Part shown: one piece after another, positions 10,606 to 19,681 of the stretch
How the letters are laid out: each line of letters starts with the position of its first letter
Position numbering within the stretch: position 1 is the stretch's first letter
Origin: a virus
Direction: 5' to 3' (one strand)
IMG/VR virus record: IMGVR_UViG_3300033143_001219
Span: 17,106 to 81,105 of that record
Length of the DNA stretch: 64,000 nt
Notes under the pieces: model-generated
Databases searched by the model: none
The model's input: only the letters and a program-made list of their open reading frames with translations
What the model was told of the DNA's origin: nothing
Program-made: the position numbers and the translations under genes

Positions 10606-11050
10606 TCGAGCAAAAGGTGCAAGAGCAGAATCTAAAGCTAAAGAGATACTTACTAAACATACAGGATTAAATTGGCAAAGAATACCTGCTTCAGGTGCAT
10701 TAGATGCAGTACATGGATTGAAGGGTGATTTATACATTCCTGATGAAAGTAATAAATATTGCATAGAAGTTAAGTCATATAAGGAGTCTGCAATTAATCA
10801 TTTATTGGTTAGTGGTGCTGGACTACCTTTACGAGACTGGATGGTTCAGGCAATAAGACAAGGTATACAGGTAAATAAAAAACCCTTACTAATATTTAAA
10901 CATGATAGAAGTAAATTTTATATTTGTAGTTGGGAAGAACCTGCTAATTTAGAAGTATATTTAATGTACTTTTATGATGGTGAGGAATTACCAGTATATA
11001 TAGCACTCCTAGAAGAGTGGCTAATACACGAAAAGGTAGAGTTTATATAA
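10595..11050 (+). CDS. Holliday-junction resolvase-like nuclease (T5 D14-like)
   Basis: SRAKGARAE, SGA, GDL and IEVK motifs of the PD-(D/E)xK family. Confidence 0.85.
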   Translation: MVDSRAKGARAESKAKEILTKHTGLNWQRIPASGALDAVHGLKGDLYIPDESNKYCIEVKSYKESAINHLLVSGAGLPLRDWMVQAIRQGIQVNKKPLLIFKHDRSKFYICSWEEPANLEVYLMYFYDGEELPVYIALLEEWLIHEKVEFI

Positions 11051-11874
11051 TGGGAACAGATTTTATAAAGAAAAATAGATACGAAAACTTGCTTATAATA
11101 GATGGATTAAATCTAGCATTTAGGTATAAGTTTGCAAATAAGAAAGATTTTGCACCCTTGTATGTAAAGACAGTACAATCCTTAGCTAAATCGTATGATG
11201 CTAGGAGAGTTGTTGTTCTAGGTGATGGAGGTTCCTCTTATAGAGAAGCTTTATACCCAGATTATAAAGCAAATCGTAAGGATCTTAGAGCAAAGCAAAC
11301 GCAACAAGAGGCTGATGATTTTCAAGATTTCTTAGAGGAGTTTGGTGTAGCATTTGAATTGTTAGGCTTACAGTACGATACTTTTAGATTTAAAGGTGTT
11401 GAAGCTGATGATATTGCAGCCTATCTTGTTAAATACTACAAGGATAGTTTTGAGCATACTTGGATGATTTCATCTGATAAAGATTGGGATTTGATGATTG
11501 CAGATAATGTTTCAAGATTCGCATATACAAGTAGGAAAGAAATCACATTAGATACATGGAATGACTTTTACGAGTATCAACCAGAACAACACATAAGTAT
11601 TAAAGTACTTATGGGTGATAAGGGAGATAATGTACCGGGTGTGGAAGGTATTGGTGAAAAACGCGCTAATACCATACTAAGAGATTATGAGACTGCTTAT
11701 GATGTGTATGCAAGCTTACCAATAGCTAGTAAATATAAGTATATACAGAACTTAAATAAATTTGGTGATCAATTATTAGTAAATTATGAGCTTATGGATT
11801 TGCTCACTTATTGTGAGGATGCCATAGGTAAAGAAAATATAGAAAAAATAGAAGAGGTATTTAATGGCGATTAG
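11050..11874 (+). CDS. Flap endonuclease / 5'-3' exonuclease (T5 D15-like)
   Basis: IDGLNLAFR, YKANR, EADD, SSDKD, GDKGDNVPGVEGIGEK. Confidence 0.95.
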   Translation: MGTDFIKKNRYENLLIIDGLNLAFRYKFANKKDFAPLYVKTVQSLAKSYDARRVVVLGDGGSSYREALYPDYKANRKDLRAKQTQQEADDFQDFLEEFGVAFELLGLQYDTFRFKGVEADDIAAYLVKYYKDSFEHTWMISSDKDWDLMIADNVSRFAYTSRKEITLDTWNDFYEYQPEQHISIKVLMGDKGDNVPGVEGIGEKRANTILRDYETAYDVYASLPIASKYKYIQNLNKFGDQLLVNYELMDLLTYCEDAIGKENIEKIEEVFNGD

Positions 11875-12295
11875 AATAGTTTTAGATAATGAAGATTGTG
11901 AGCCATATAAAGGCAATCGATGGGATGGTGGTTGGGACTTACGTTCAAACAATCCAGATATTACAATAGAACCCGGACAAAAGGTTAAGATATATACAGG
12001 TGTTAGAATGGAAATACCTGTAAGACACATAGGTATGGTAGTACCTAGAAGTGGTTTAGGATCTAAATATAGACTAACTTTAGCTAATACCGTGGGTGTA
12101 ATTGATTCAGACTACAGAGGTGAAATTATAGTTAACTTAGTTAACGGCGGTGATGAAGCTGTAGAAATCAATCAATTTGATAGATTTTGTCAAATACTAG
12201 TTGTACCAGTTAGAATAGATACTTTTAGAGTAGTAACTAAACTACAGGAAACTGGAAGAGGCGAACAAGGGTTCGGAAGTAGTGGAGTAGAATAA
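11864..12295 (+). CDS. dut: Trimeric dUTPase
   Basis: GWDL, PRSGLG, GVIDSDYRGE, RGEQGFGSSG. Confidence 0.95.
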   Translation: MAIRIVLDNEDCEPYKGNRWDGGWDLRSNNPDITIEPGQKVKIYTGVRMEIPVRHIGMVVPRSGLGSKYRLTLANTVGVIDSDYRGEIIVNLVNGGDEAVEINQFDRFCQILVVPVRIDTFRVVTKLQETGRGEQGFGSSGVE

Positions 12296-14335
12296 ATGCC
12301 AAGTACTAGAGCAGAGATTATAACAAGAAGAACATATAATAGACCTATTGACTTTGACGAAACAAGATTTGAAACTTGGGACGATACTATAGATAGAGTT
12401 GTTGGGCATCAAAGATGGTTATGGGAAAGAGCCTTAACACATAATAAACTTAAGAATATGCCTTTACATGATATCACGGAAGATATGCTAGAATGGGCAT
12501 ACTTAAATAGTGACCAAGAATATGAGTTAGAAGAGTTAAGAGAGGTCATGCTAGCACGTGAAGCTTTACCAAGTGGTAGAACACTTTGGTTAGGTGGTAC
12601 TGAAGTAGCAAAACGAAGAGAAGCTAGTCAATTTAACTGTGCACATTTAAATGTTGAAACAGTTTATGACGTTGTAGATTCTTTATGGTTATTATTACAA
12701 GGTACTGGTATTGGTGGTACTGCGAAAGTAGGTACTTTAACCGGTTTTAGAAAACCTATAAAAAATATACAAGTTATTAACTCTACTAGAACTGCTAAAG
12801 GCGGAAGATCTACTAATGAGGAACATTATATTAATGGTGTATGGACTATTTCAGTTGGTGATAGTGCTGAAGCCTGGGCTAAATCAATAGGTAAACTATT
12901 GGCAGGAAAATACCCAGCCCATACACTTATATTTGACTTCTCAGAAATAAGACCAGCAGGTGACAGATTAGCCGGATATGGTTGGATCTCTTCAGGAGAC
13001 GGACCTATATCTAGAGCGTATCCTAAAATTGCTGAGATACTTAATAAGAGAGCTGGTGGCCTACTTAGTAAGTTAGATATAATTGAAGTACTAAATCATC
13101 TGGGAACTGTCTTAAGTTCTAGACGATCTGCTGAAATTATGCTAATGGAGTATGGTAGTGATGAATGGTTAGAGTTTGCTAACTTTAAAGAGAAATGTTA
13201 TGAGGAAGGCTATATACATAGACAGCAATCTAATAACTCTTTAGTGTTTTATCAGAAACCTTCCAATGAACAACTGACAGAGATATTCGATAAGATGATA
13301 GCTGCTGGTGGTTCTGAACCCGGTTTTATTAATGGTCAAACTGCTAAAAACAGAGCTCCATGGTTCGCGGGAGTTAATCCTTGTGCAGAGATACTATTAG
13401 GTAACAAGTCATTTTGTAACTTAGTGGAGATTGATGTATCAAAATTTATTGGTAACAGCGCCGACCTTCATAAAGTAGCAACCCTTGTTGCAAGAGCAAA
13501 CTATAGACAGACTGTAGTTGATTTCAGGGATGGTGTGTTACAAGAAGCTTGGCATCTTAACAATGAATTCTTACGTTTATGTGGTACTGGTGTCACGGGT
13601 ATCGCGCAGCGCGATGATATGACAGAGTATGATTGGAAAGATTTACGTTACTCTGCAGTTACAGCTGCTAGAGGTATGGCGAATGAATTAGGTTTGCAAC
13701 ACCCAAAGAATGTAACCACAGTTAAGCCTAGTGGAACACTATCTAAAATAATGGATACTACAGAAGGCGTACATAAGCCAGCAGGTAAGTACTTATTTAA
13801 TTGGATTAACTTTAATGAGCTAGATCCCTTAGTTCAAAAATTAAAGGATGCAAATTATCGATCGTTGGTCAATCCTACTGATTCGACTGGTGTGTTAGTA
13901 TGCCTTCCAGTAAAATTTGAAAATGTAGATTTTACAACGAAAATAGTAACTAGATCTGACGGTTCTGAAGATGTTCTCGAAGTAACTGATGAATGTGCCA
14001 TAACGCAATTGGAAAGATATCGTAAGATTCAAACCCATTATTGTGACCAGAATGTAAGTAATACAATATATTACAATCCAGATGAAAAAGAAAAAATTGT
14101 GAATTGGCTGTTACAACATTGGGACGTATATGTAGGTGTTTCATTTCTGTTTAAGAATGACCCGACTGTAAGTGCTAAAGACCTAGGTTTTAGTTATTTA
14201 CCACAAGAGTATGTTACTAAAGTTAAATATGATGAATATGTTAAAGACATATTACCAGTTAATTTTGATAATACTGATTCTTTTGAAGAATTGGAAGAGG
14301 ACGACTGCCCACAGGGTGTTTGTCCTGTTAAATAA
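12296..14335 (+). CDS. nrdJ: Class II (adenosylcobalamin-dependent) ribonucleotide reductase
   Basis: RTYNR, PSGRTLW, FNC, NPCAEI, TTVKPSGT and C-terminal CPQGVCP; no beta-subunit gene adjacent. Confidence 0.9.
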   Translation: MPSTRAEIITRRTYNRPIDFDETRFETWDDTIDRVVGHQRWLWERALTHNKLKNMPLHDITEDMLEWAYLNSDQEYELEELREVMLAREALPSGRTLWLGGTEVAKRREASQFNCAHLNVETVYDVVDSLWLLLQGTGIGGTAKVGTLTGFRKPIKNIQVINSTRTAKGGRSTNEEHYINGVWTISVGDSAEAWAKSIGKLLAGKYPAHTLIFDFSEIRPAGDRLAGYGWISSGDGPISRAYPKIAEILNKRAGGLLSKLDIIEVLNHLGTVLSSRRSAEIMLMEYGSDEWLEFANFKEKCYEEGYIHRQQSNNSLVFYQKPSNEQLTEIFDKMIAAGGSEPGFINGQTAKNRAPWFAGVNPCAEILLGNKSFCNLVEIDVSKFIGNSADLHKVATLVARANYRQTVVDFRDGVLQEAWHLNNEFLRLCGTGVTGIAQRDDMTEYDWKDLRYSAVTAARGMANELGLQHPKNVTTVKPSGTLSKIMDTTEGVHKPAGKYLFNWINFNELDPLVQKLKDANYRSLVNPTDSTGVLVCLPVKFENVDFTTKIVTRSDGSEDVLEVTDECAITQLERYRKIQTHYCDQNVSNTIYYNPDEKEKIVNWLLQHWDVYVGVSFLFKNDPTVSAKDLGFSYLPQEYVTKVKYDEYVKDILPVNFDNTDSFEELEEDDCPQGVCPVK

Positions 14336-14345
14336 GGAGAAGTAA

Positions 14346-14537
14346 ATGACCACAACTGTTAAGGTAGAAGCACATTGTGATGACAATACAGAAGTTATTG
14401 TCAGTGTTACTGATTATAGTATTAATACTGATAATGCTAATTTTGAAGATGTAGTAATGCAAGATGGGGAATCTGTAGACTTTTATGTATATGATAATCG
14501 TGAAATTACAATAAAAGAAATAGAAAAGGAGAAGTAA
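14346..14537 (+). CDS. Hypothetical protein
   Basis: TAAGGAG RBS; 63 aa. Confidence 0.7.
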   Translation: MTTTVKVEAHCDDNTEVIVSVTDYSINTDNANFEDVVMQDGESVDFYVYDNREITIKEIEKEK

Positions 14538-14540
14538 GAA

Positions 14541-14789
14541 ATGGATGTTAAACTAGGAGATAGTGTAAAAGATATAGTTTCAGGTTTTATGGGTGTTATA
14601 GTATCTCAACATGACTACCTAAATGGCTGTACTAGATTTACTATACAACCAAGAGTTGATAAGGATGGAAAGTTACCTGAAACTCAAACTTTTGATTTTC
14701 CACAACTTGAGTTAGTTAAATTTGAAGTGGCAAAGAAAGATGATGGAATGACCGGTGGTCCTTCAAAGTATGAAGATACTACAAGGTAA
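14541..14789 (+). CDS. Hypothetical phage protein (SH3-like pattern)
   Basis: AAGGAG RBS; LGD.V.D...GF.G pattern. Confidence 0.7.
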   Translation: MDVKLGDSVKDIVSGFMGVIVSQHDYLNGCTRFTIQPRVDKDGKLPETQTFDFPQLELVKFEVAKKDDGMTGGPSKYEDTTR

Positions 14790-14791
14790 AT

Positions 14792-14823
14792 AAAAAGAAA
14801 AGGGGCTTGCGCCCCTTTTTTTT
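14792..14823. terminator. Bidirectional terminator between convergent early and late regions
   Basis: AAAAGGGGC-ttgc-GCCCCTTTT with an A-run upstream and a T-run downstream. Confidence 0.9.
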
Positions 14824-15400
14824 ATTTCTTAAATAAGTTAAATAATGGTTTAAAGTCTTCACCCAATGCAGCGCGTTTTTCCTTACCACGTTGATATGCT
14901 GAAATACCTAGTACCGCTAAAGGTACAGACCAAAATACTTGTAAAGATGCTATAGAGCTAATAATAGCTGGTGCCGTTGCAGGTACTGCTATCATAACAT
15001 ATATAAGTGCAACTGTCTGTATAAAGAAAGCCACCCCTGATATATACCCCCAGAAAGGTCTCCATCTACGTTGCCAAGCATCACCTGAAACAGCCTCTGT
15101 TCGCATAGTAGCATTTACTGATTCAACTTGAGAAGTTTCATGAGCTAACTCATTAGATCTACCTTGTATAATCAGTCTCTCAAGATCTACTTTATGTGTA
15201 TATTCTAATTCTTTTAGTTTAACAGCAGCTTGTGGATCTGCTTCAATTAGTCTAGCTAACTGCTCAGGACTATCATCTGGCTTTCCACCAAACATATTAG
15301 ATATTAAACTACCTATTGCAGCCCCACCAGGACCACCCACTGCACCACCTAAAATCGGTGCTATACTTGCTAGGCTTGAGCCTAAATCACTCCATTCCAT
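14822..15400 (-). CDS. Holin, 3TM (GTA-type) family
   Basis: APILGGAVGGPGG N-terminus, RRWRPFWGY motif, C-terminal TM helices; adjacent to endolysin. Confidence 0.8.
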   Translation of the reverse strand: MEWSDLGSSLASIAPILGGAVGGPGGAAIGSLISNMFGGKPDDSPEQLARLIEADPQAAVKLKELEYTHKVDLERLIIQGRSNELAHETSQVESVNATMRTEAVSGDAWQRRWRPFWGYISGVAFFIQTVALIYVMIAVPATAPAIISSIASLQVFWSVPLAVLGISAYQRGKEKRAALGEDFKPLFNLFKK

Positions 15401-15401
15401 A

Positions 15402-15818
15402 TTAATCTCCTACTATTTCAAAATGTACTAAGTCATCAAATTTATTATCGGTATAGTCATAATCTCTATCCCAATCACCACCCCACCTAATTGTAATCCC
15501 TTTCTTAGCAGCTTCATAAAAGATAATTGCTTTTAGTTCATAAAATTTAGTGCGTTCTTTCCATTCTGTAGCACCCCAATCTGTGGGAATTGGCCAAGGG
15601 GCCACATCCACTGCCATTGAGGGTATAGAATTATGTTTACTATTTGGCCAACTAACCTCTGAAAGGTTTTGGTCAAATTTAGCGTTTTGTTCTTCTTTTG
15701 TTCTGTGTCCTGTGATAATAGTACAATCATAATATTTAACGACTTCGCTTAATATATGAAGCCATCTAGCATCACAAGTACCTAATCTATCCCTAGATGT
15801 TCTTCCAAAATTTGGCAT
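15402..15818 (-). CDS. Endolysin, M15 L-Ala-D-Glu peptidase (T5 lys-like)
   Basis: GHRT, SKH, AVD, RWGGDW and DLVHFE motifs. Confidence 0.92.
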   Translation of the reverse strand: MPNFGRTSRDRLGTCDARWLHILSEVVKYYDCTIITGHRTKEEQNAKFDQNLSEVSWPNSKHNSIPSMAVDVAPWPIPTDWGATEWKERTKFYELKAIIFYEAAKKGITIRWGGDWDRDYDYTDNKFDDLVHFEIVGD

Positions 15819-16090
15819 TATCTTCCTCCGTGATGTTCTTTCTCATGTTCTCTAATATTTGAGCCACAATCAAGTAACTTAACAACTACTTTTGTTTCTG
15901 TAGGATTCCATCTTTCGTGATCCTGTTTAGCTGGAACAGCATCAACTTCTTCCTCAATGACTATAGTCTCTACTGGTGTAGTATCAGATAAATACGCCTG
16001 CATACCATTAGTACCAAATAAAGCTATTAAGAATAACCACATTTTATATGCGTCTACAAAAGCTTTAACTCTTTTATATAAGTTTTTCAT
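15818..16090 (-). CDS. Single-TM membrane protein (possible lysis accessory)
   Basis: Basic N-terminus then hydrophobic MWLFLIALFG; directly upstream of endolysin. Confidence 0.6.
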   Translation of the reverse strand: MKNLYKRVKAFVDAYKMWLFLIALFGTNGMQAYLSDTTPVETIVIEEEVDAVPAKQDHERWNPTETKVVVKLLDCGSNIREHEKEHHGGR

Positions 16091-16091
16091 A

Positions 16092-16451
16092 TTAATAGCT
16101 CCATGTATAGCCAATACCTATACCTATTTGTGTATCATTATTAACGTTACCCGCTGATATTGATGCACTAAATAACCCACAATCTCGACACTCTCTATGT
16201 GCTAATGCAGCGGAGACTGCTGATGAATCTCCATATACTGCGGCAGTTACAGACTTTTGATATGCATAAGTACCATAATCAAAGTGATGTTGACCTGCAG
16301 CTATTGCTATAGCAGACTGTATGTTATATTCATTATATATACTTGTACTAGTATTAGTAACTACAGATTCTTTTTCCTCATCGTGATGTGGATTATCTGC
16401 ATATATATTCATTGAAATAGCCATTATAGCTATCATAATTATCTTATTCAT
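16092..16451 (-). CDS. Secreted protein with YadA-like trimeric autotransporter anchor
   Basis: Signal peptide MNKIIMIAIMAISMNIYA; SAIAIAAG helix; four beta strands ending IGIGIGYTWSY. Confidence 0.6.
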   Translation of the reverse strand: MNKIIMIAIMAISMNIYADNPHHDEEKESVVTNTSTSIYNEYNIQSAIAIAAGQHHFDYGTYAYQKSVTAAVYGDSSAVSAALAHRECRDCGLFSASISAGNVNNDTQIGIGIGYTWSY

Positions 16452-16783
16452 CTTCTCTCCCAAAAAGTACAACTATCAGCATTTTTAGCTGTATGGTAAT
16501 GACCATATATACAGTGGAACAATTCATGTCCAGCTACACACATAGCTTTATCATCATATACATCTAATAATGGTAAAATGTAAATATAACATTTATTATT
16601 TTTAAAAACCGTTAATCCTTGTATTGGTATCTTTATGTTATATTTTTCTCTAAGTTCAGTAAAATCTTCTGTGATATTTACATCTATTCTTGGTTGCATA
16701 TTTTCCCAAGAGTGTATTGCTTTAGGTGATGAACATCCGAGTAACACCAATGCTATTAGTAATAATACTACCAGATTTTCCAT
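16448..16783 (-). CDS. Lipoprotein with zincin metallopeptidase motif
   Basis: Lipobox LLGC; GHELFHCIYGHYH (HExxH plus further His residues). Confidence 0.7.
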   Translation of the reverse strand: MENLVVLLLIALVLLGCSSPKAIHSWENMQPRIDVNITEDFTELREKYNIKIPIQGLTVFKNNKCYIYILPLLDVYDDKAMCVAGHELFHCIYGHYHTAKNADSCTFWERR

Positions 16784-17244
16784 TCAATTACAATACCCAG
16801 TGAATCATATGCATTATCGTCAGGATTTAAAGCACAACTGTGATGCGTGTACTTTAAGCCAATATTCATAACATCATCTGTTATCATGTTTTGAACAAAT
16901 CCAATGTTACTGGACAAACGGTTATTTATACCGCCCCCTTTACAAAATGGGCTAGGCCTTAATGTATTATCTATACCTACAAATACCGTTGCGCTGTCGA
17001 AATATGTTGTATCTGCCGCATTACTATTACCAGCATATAATATTCCCGCTAGAATAATGGGAACTATTAAGATTACTGATACTCCTTTCCATACTGAGGT
17101 TTTACCACCTTCCGCATGTACCCAGTTCTTCATAAACTGCTCCTTAGACCAGTTTGCTTTATAAAAGGCATACACTATTAGTGCGCCTAATAAAATCATT
17201 TCTAACCCTAGAAAGGTTAGTGCTTGTGCTATAAATATTTCCAT
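16768..17244 (-). CDS. Membrane/secreted protein with outer-membrane beta-strand C-terminus
   Basis: Two hydrophobic segments, SNA-A cleavage-like site, amphipathic strands, YTHHSCA, terminal GIVIEWKIW. Confidence 0.6.
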   Translation of the reverse strand: MEIFIAQALTFLGLEMILLGALIVYAFYKANWSKEQFMKNWVHAEGGKTSVWKGVSVILIVPIILAGILYAGNSNAADTTYFDSATVFVGIDNTLRPSPFCKGGGINNRLSSNIGFVQNMITDDVMNIGLKYTHHSCALNPDDNAYDSLGIVIEWKIW

Positions 17245-17254
17245 TTGTTTCTCC

Positions 17255-17608
17255 TTATAATTTTGCTTTAATTGCAGTTTTTAATTGTTGAACTGTTCTA
17301 CTAGGCAATCCTGCCTGAGTTCTAAGAATGTTAATTTCATCTAAAACGACTAAGGCGAAGGCTTTTAATGTTGAGTCAAAAACTAATTCTATATCTGCTT
17401 CAGCTGTTTTTTCTACATCAATTTCTATATCAATTGCAGCCTGATTAATGGTATCTAAACCATCATTAGTTGCATTTAGTCTCTCCGTTGTAGTATCAGG
17501 AGTATATCCTATCTGTAAACTTACCTGCGTAACTGAGTCCCAACGTAAATCATCATATTGAGAAAAAACTTCTATTTTCTTGGTTATTTTATTACATATT
17601 ACTTGCAT
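17255..17608 (-). CDS. Putative tail-fibre assembly/accessory protein
   Basis: Directly downstream of the long fibre gene, 1-nt overlap. Confidence 0.5.
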   Translation of the reverse strand: MQVICNKITKKIEVFSQYDDLRWDSVTQVSLQIGYTPDTTTERLNATNDGLDTINQAAIDIEIDVEKTAEADIELVFDSTLKAFALVVLDEINILRTQAGLPSRTVQQLKTAIKAKL

Positions 17609-19662
17609 TAATTCTTTCCTCTGAAATCAGTGTAACCTATAGAATTTATTGCTCCAGAAATACTAGCTGAGCTTGAAAAATAATAGTAAAGCCCATCTTG
17701 TTGTAGTGAGTAAAATACACTACAACCATAATCGTAGTTGTCTCTTGTTGGGCCTATAAGATATAGTGTACTTTCTAAATCTGAACGATAATATAGTGAT
17801 CCACCCCCCGTTGCACCACAAGTAGCATATCCCTGTATATGCGCCAAACAGTTTATACCTAGTGGTTTATACATATTTTCTACATAAGTACTAGATGTAA
17901 CAATAGAATTTGTAATTGTTTTATTATCTAGCCAAATAATAGTATCCCCATCTTGAACAAACGCATATATATTAGAACTACCATCCGTTCTTATTGAACC
18001 AATACGTCTATATGCTGTATATCCAGAAGGAATTCCAGCAGCACTAGTAGATAAATCAAAATATGCATCTATTACTCCATTTGAAACTTTCTTAATTAAA
18101 TGCGTATGATACCATGTATTAGGGGCTAGACCATTTTTCTTAACAGTATCTGCTACAGATACGTCTGTAGTAAATGCACTCTCTATTGTCATAGTAGTTG
18201 AATTAGTAACAACTGTTATCCTTCTACCTTCTACCTTATCATCAGAATATAGAACATCATTAACTGCAAATTCTGTATTAAAAGATGAACTAGAACCAGT
18301 TACCGCCGTACCTGAAGTAGTAAATGTACCTGTCTCAGTAGTTATTACAGCCATACCACCAGCATTAGTACCCACTGCCCAAGTAGCATCCAATTGTTTA
18401 ACCATAGTAGCAGATAATTCTGCAAATGTAGTATCGGATAAACCACACTCTCCAGCTGCTATATCTATATCTTTATTGGCATCTGTTGTATTATTTGATA
18501 AATTAAGTCCTGATATATAATTAAGAGGTACTTTAACAGCCGCAGCCTCCGTAGCTGCTGTATCGGCATATGCTGTAGTAGCTAATTTAGTACTGTTATC
18601 ATCTATTGTTTGAGTAGTTGCAGTAGTACCAGTTGGCAAACTAGGAGTTCCAGTAAATGTTGGACTAGCTAAGGGTGCATAATATATACCTTCGTTACCA
18701 TCTAATAAATCTGCATTTAAACCGGACCCTACACCATCATTACCAACATGCCATACTGCATTATTATTAACAAACATAGTACTTGCATTAATTGATCCAA
18801 CACCCTTAGGACCACCTGTAGGACTACCAATAACTAATCCACCTAAACTATCGAAGTATCCGCGTTGTGTATTTGTTGTATAAAATACAAGATCACTCGC
18901 GCTCTCTGTAATTAATTCAAGATTACCTGTGCCTTTATGGAGTATTTGTGAGGTTGCATTAGCACCAGTATTATTTCGTACAATTCTTAAGCCGTAGTCT
19001 GTATGTGTAACATCACTAATTAAGTCTATGTGGCTGGTACCATTACCTGATCTTCCTAAACCTACTTCTATTGCTACAGTTTCTGTGCTTGGGGCATTTC
19101 CTACAGTTATACCATTTAATGTCGTTCTTAGTTTTTCAGTGTCATCATGGTATAATCTTATATAGGGTGTAGGTCCACCAAGTATTATATTGTTTTTCTG
19201 TGTGTTACCACTATCTTGTGTTCTTAAATATGTATATTGGGATACTGTTAAATTATCTAAAAATAAATCACTAGTTACACCAGAATTTCTAATATACATA
19301 TTCCCAACAGTATTAGATATATAGCTATTAGTACCACTATGATATAAATACATATCACTATCAGTACCTAAATATATACGGTTATTATCCCCAAAAATTG
19401 CATTGTTACTAGCATCTAATGTTAAAGTTGTAGCTGTGGAATTATCATCTATACCAGTAGAAGTAAAATTAGTAATAGTACCAGACATAGCTCCACCAGC
19501 TAAACTTAATTTCAAGTTAATACTATCCAATAAATTAGCTTCACCATTCCTAGCTGTTTCTACTTCTGTATCTATAGCTTCACTTGCTACAATGAAATTA
19601 GATATTTGTACATCATATGTTGTAGATCCTAATGCTGGTATATATGCTGTATAATTAGCCAT
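17608..19662 (-). CDS. Tail fibre protein 3 (684 aa)
   Basis: Shared MANYxxYIPA anchor; VWHxGNDGxGSGLNADLLDG and ASPTFTGTP fibre motifs; NTWYH and YRRIGS distal domain. Confidence 0.85.
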   Translation of the reverse strand: MANYTAYIPALGSTTYDVQISNFIVASEAIDTEVETARNGEANLLDSINLKLSLAGGAMSGTITNFTSTGIDDNSTATTLTLDASNNAIFGDNNRIYLGTDSDMYLYHSGTNSYISNTVGNMYIRNSGVTSDLFLDNLTVSQYTYLRTQDSGNTQKNNIILGGPTPYIRLYHDDTEKLRTTLNGITVGNAPSTETVAIEVGLGRSGNGTSHIDLISDVTHTDYGLRIVRNNTGANATSQILHKGTGNLELITESASDLVFYTTNTQRGYFDSLGGLVIGSPTGGPKGVGSINASTMFVNNNAVWHVGNDGVGSGLNADLLDGNEGIYYAPLASPTFTGTPSLPTGTTATTQTIDDNSTKLATTAYADTAATEAAAVKVPLNYISGLNLSNNTTDANKDIDIAAGECGLSDTTFAELSATMVKQLDATWAVGTNAGGMAVITTETGTFTTSGTAVTGSSSSFNTEFAVNDVLYSDDKVEGRRITVVTNSTTMTIESAFTTDVSVADTVKKNGLAPNTWYHTHLIKKVSNGVIDAYFDLSTSAAGIPSGYTAYRRIGSIRTDGSSNIYAFVQDGDTIIWLDNKTITNSIVTSSTYVENMYKPLGINCLAHIQGYATCGATGGGSLYYRSDLESTLYLIGPTRDNYDYGCSVFYSLQQDGLYYYFSSSASISGAINSIGYTDFRGKN

Positions 19663-19681
19663 TTGTTGTTTTCTCCATTAC

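Noticed and set aside
2700-14335. Introns or inteins in polymerase, helicases or RNR
   Set aside because: ORFs are continuous and of normal or short length, with no intein splice motifs.
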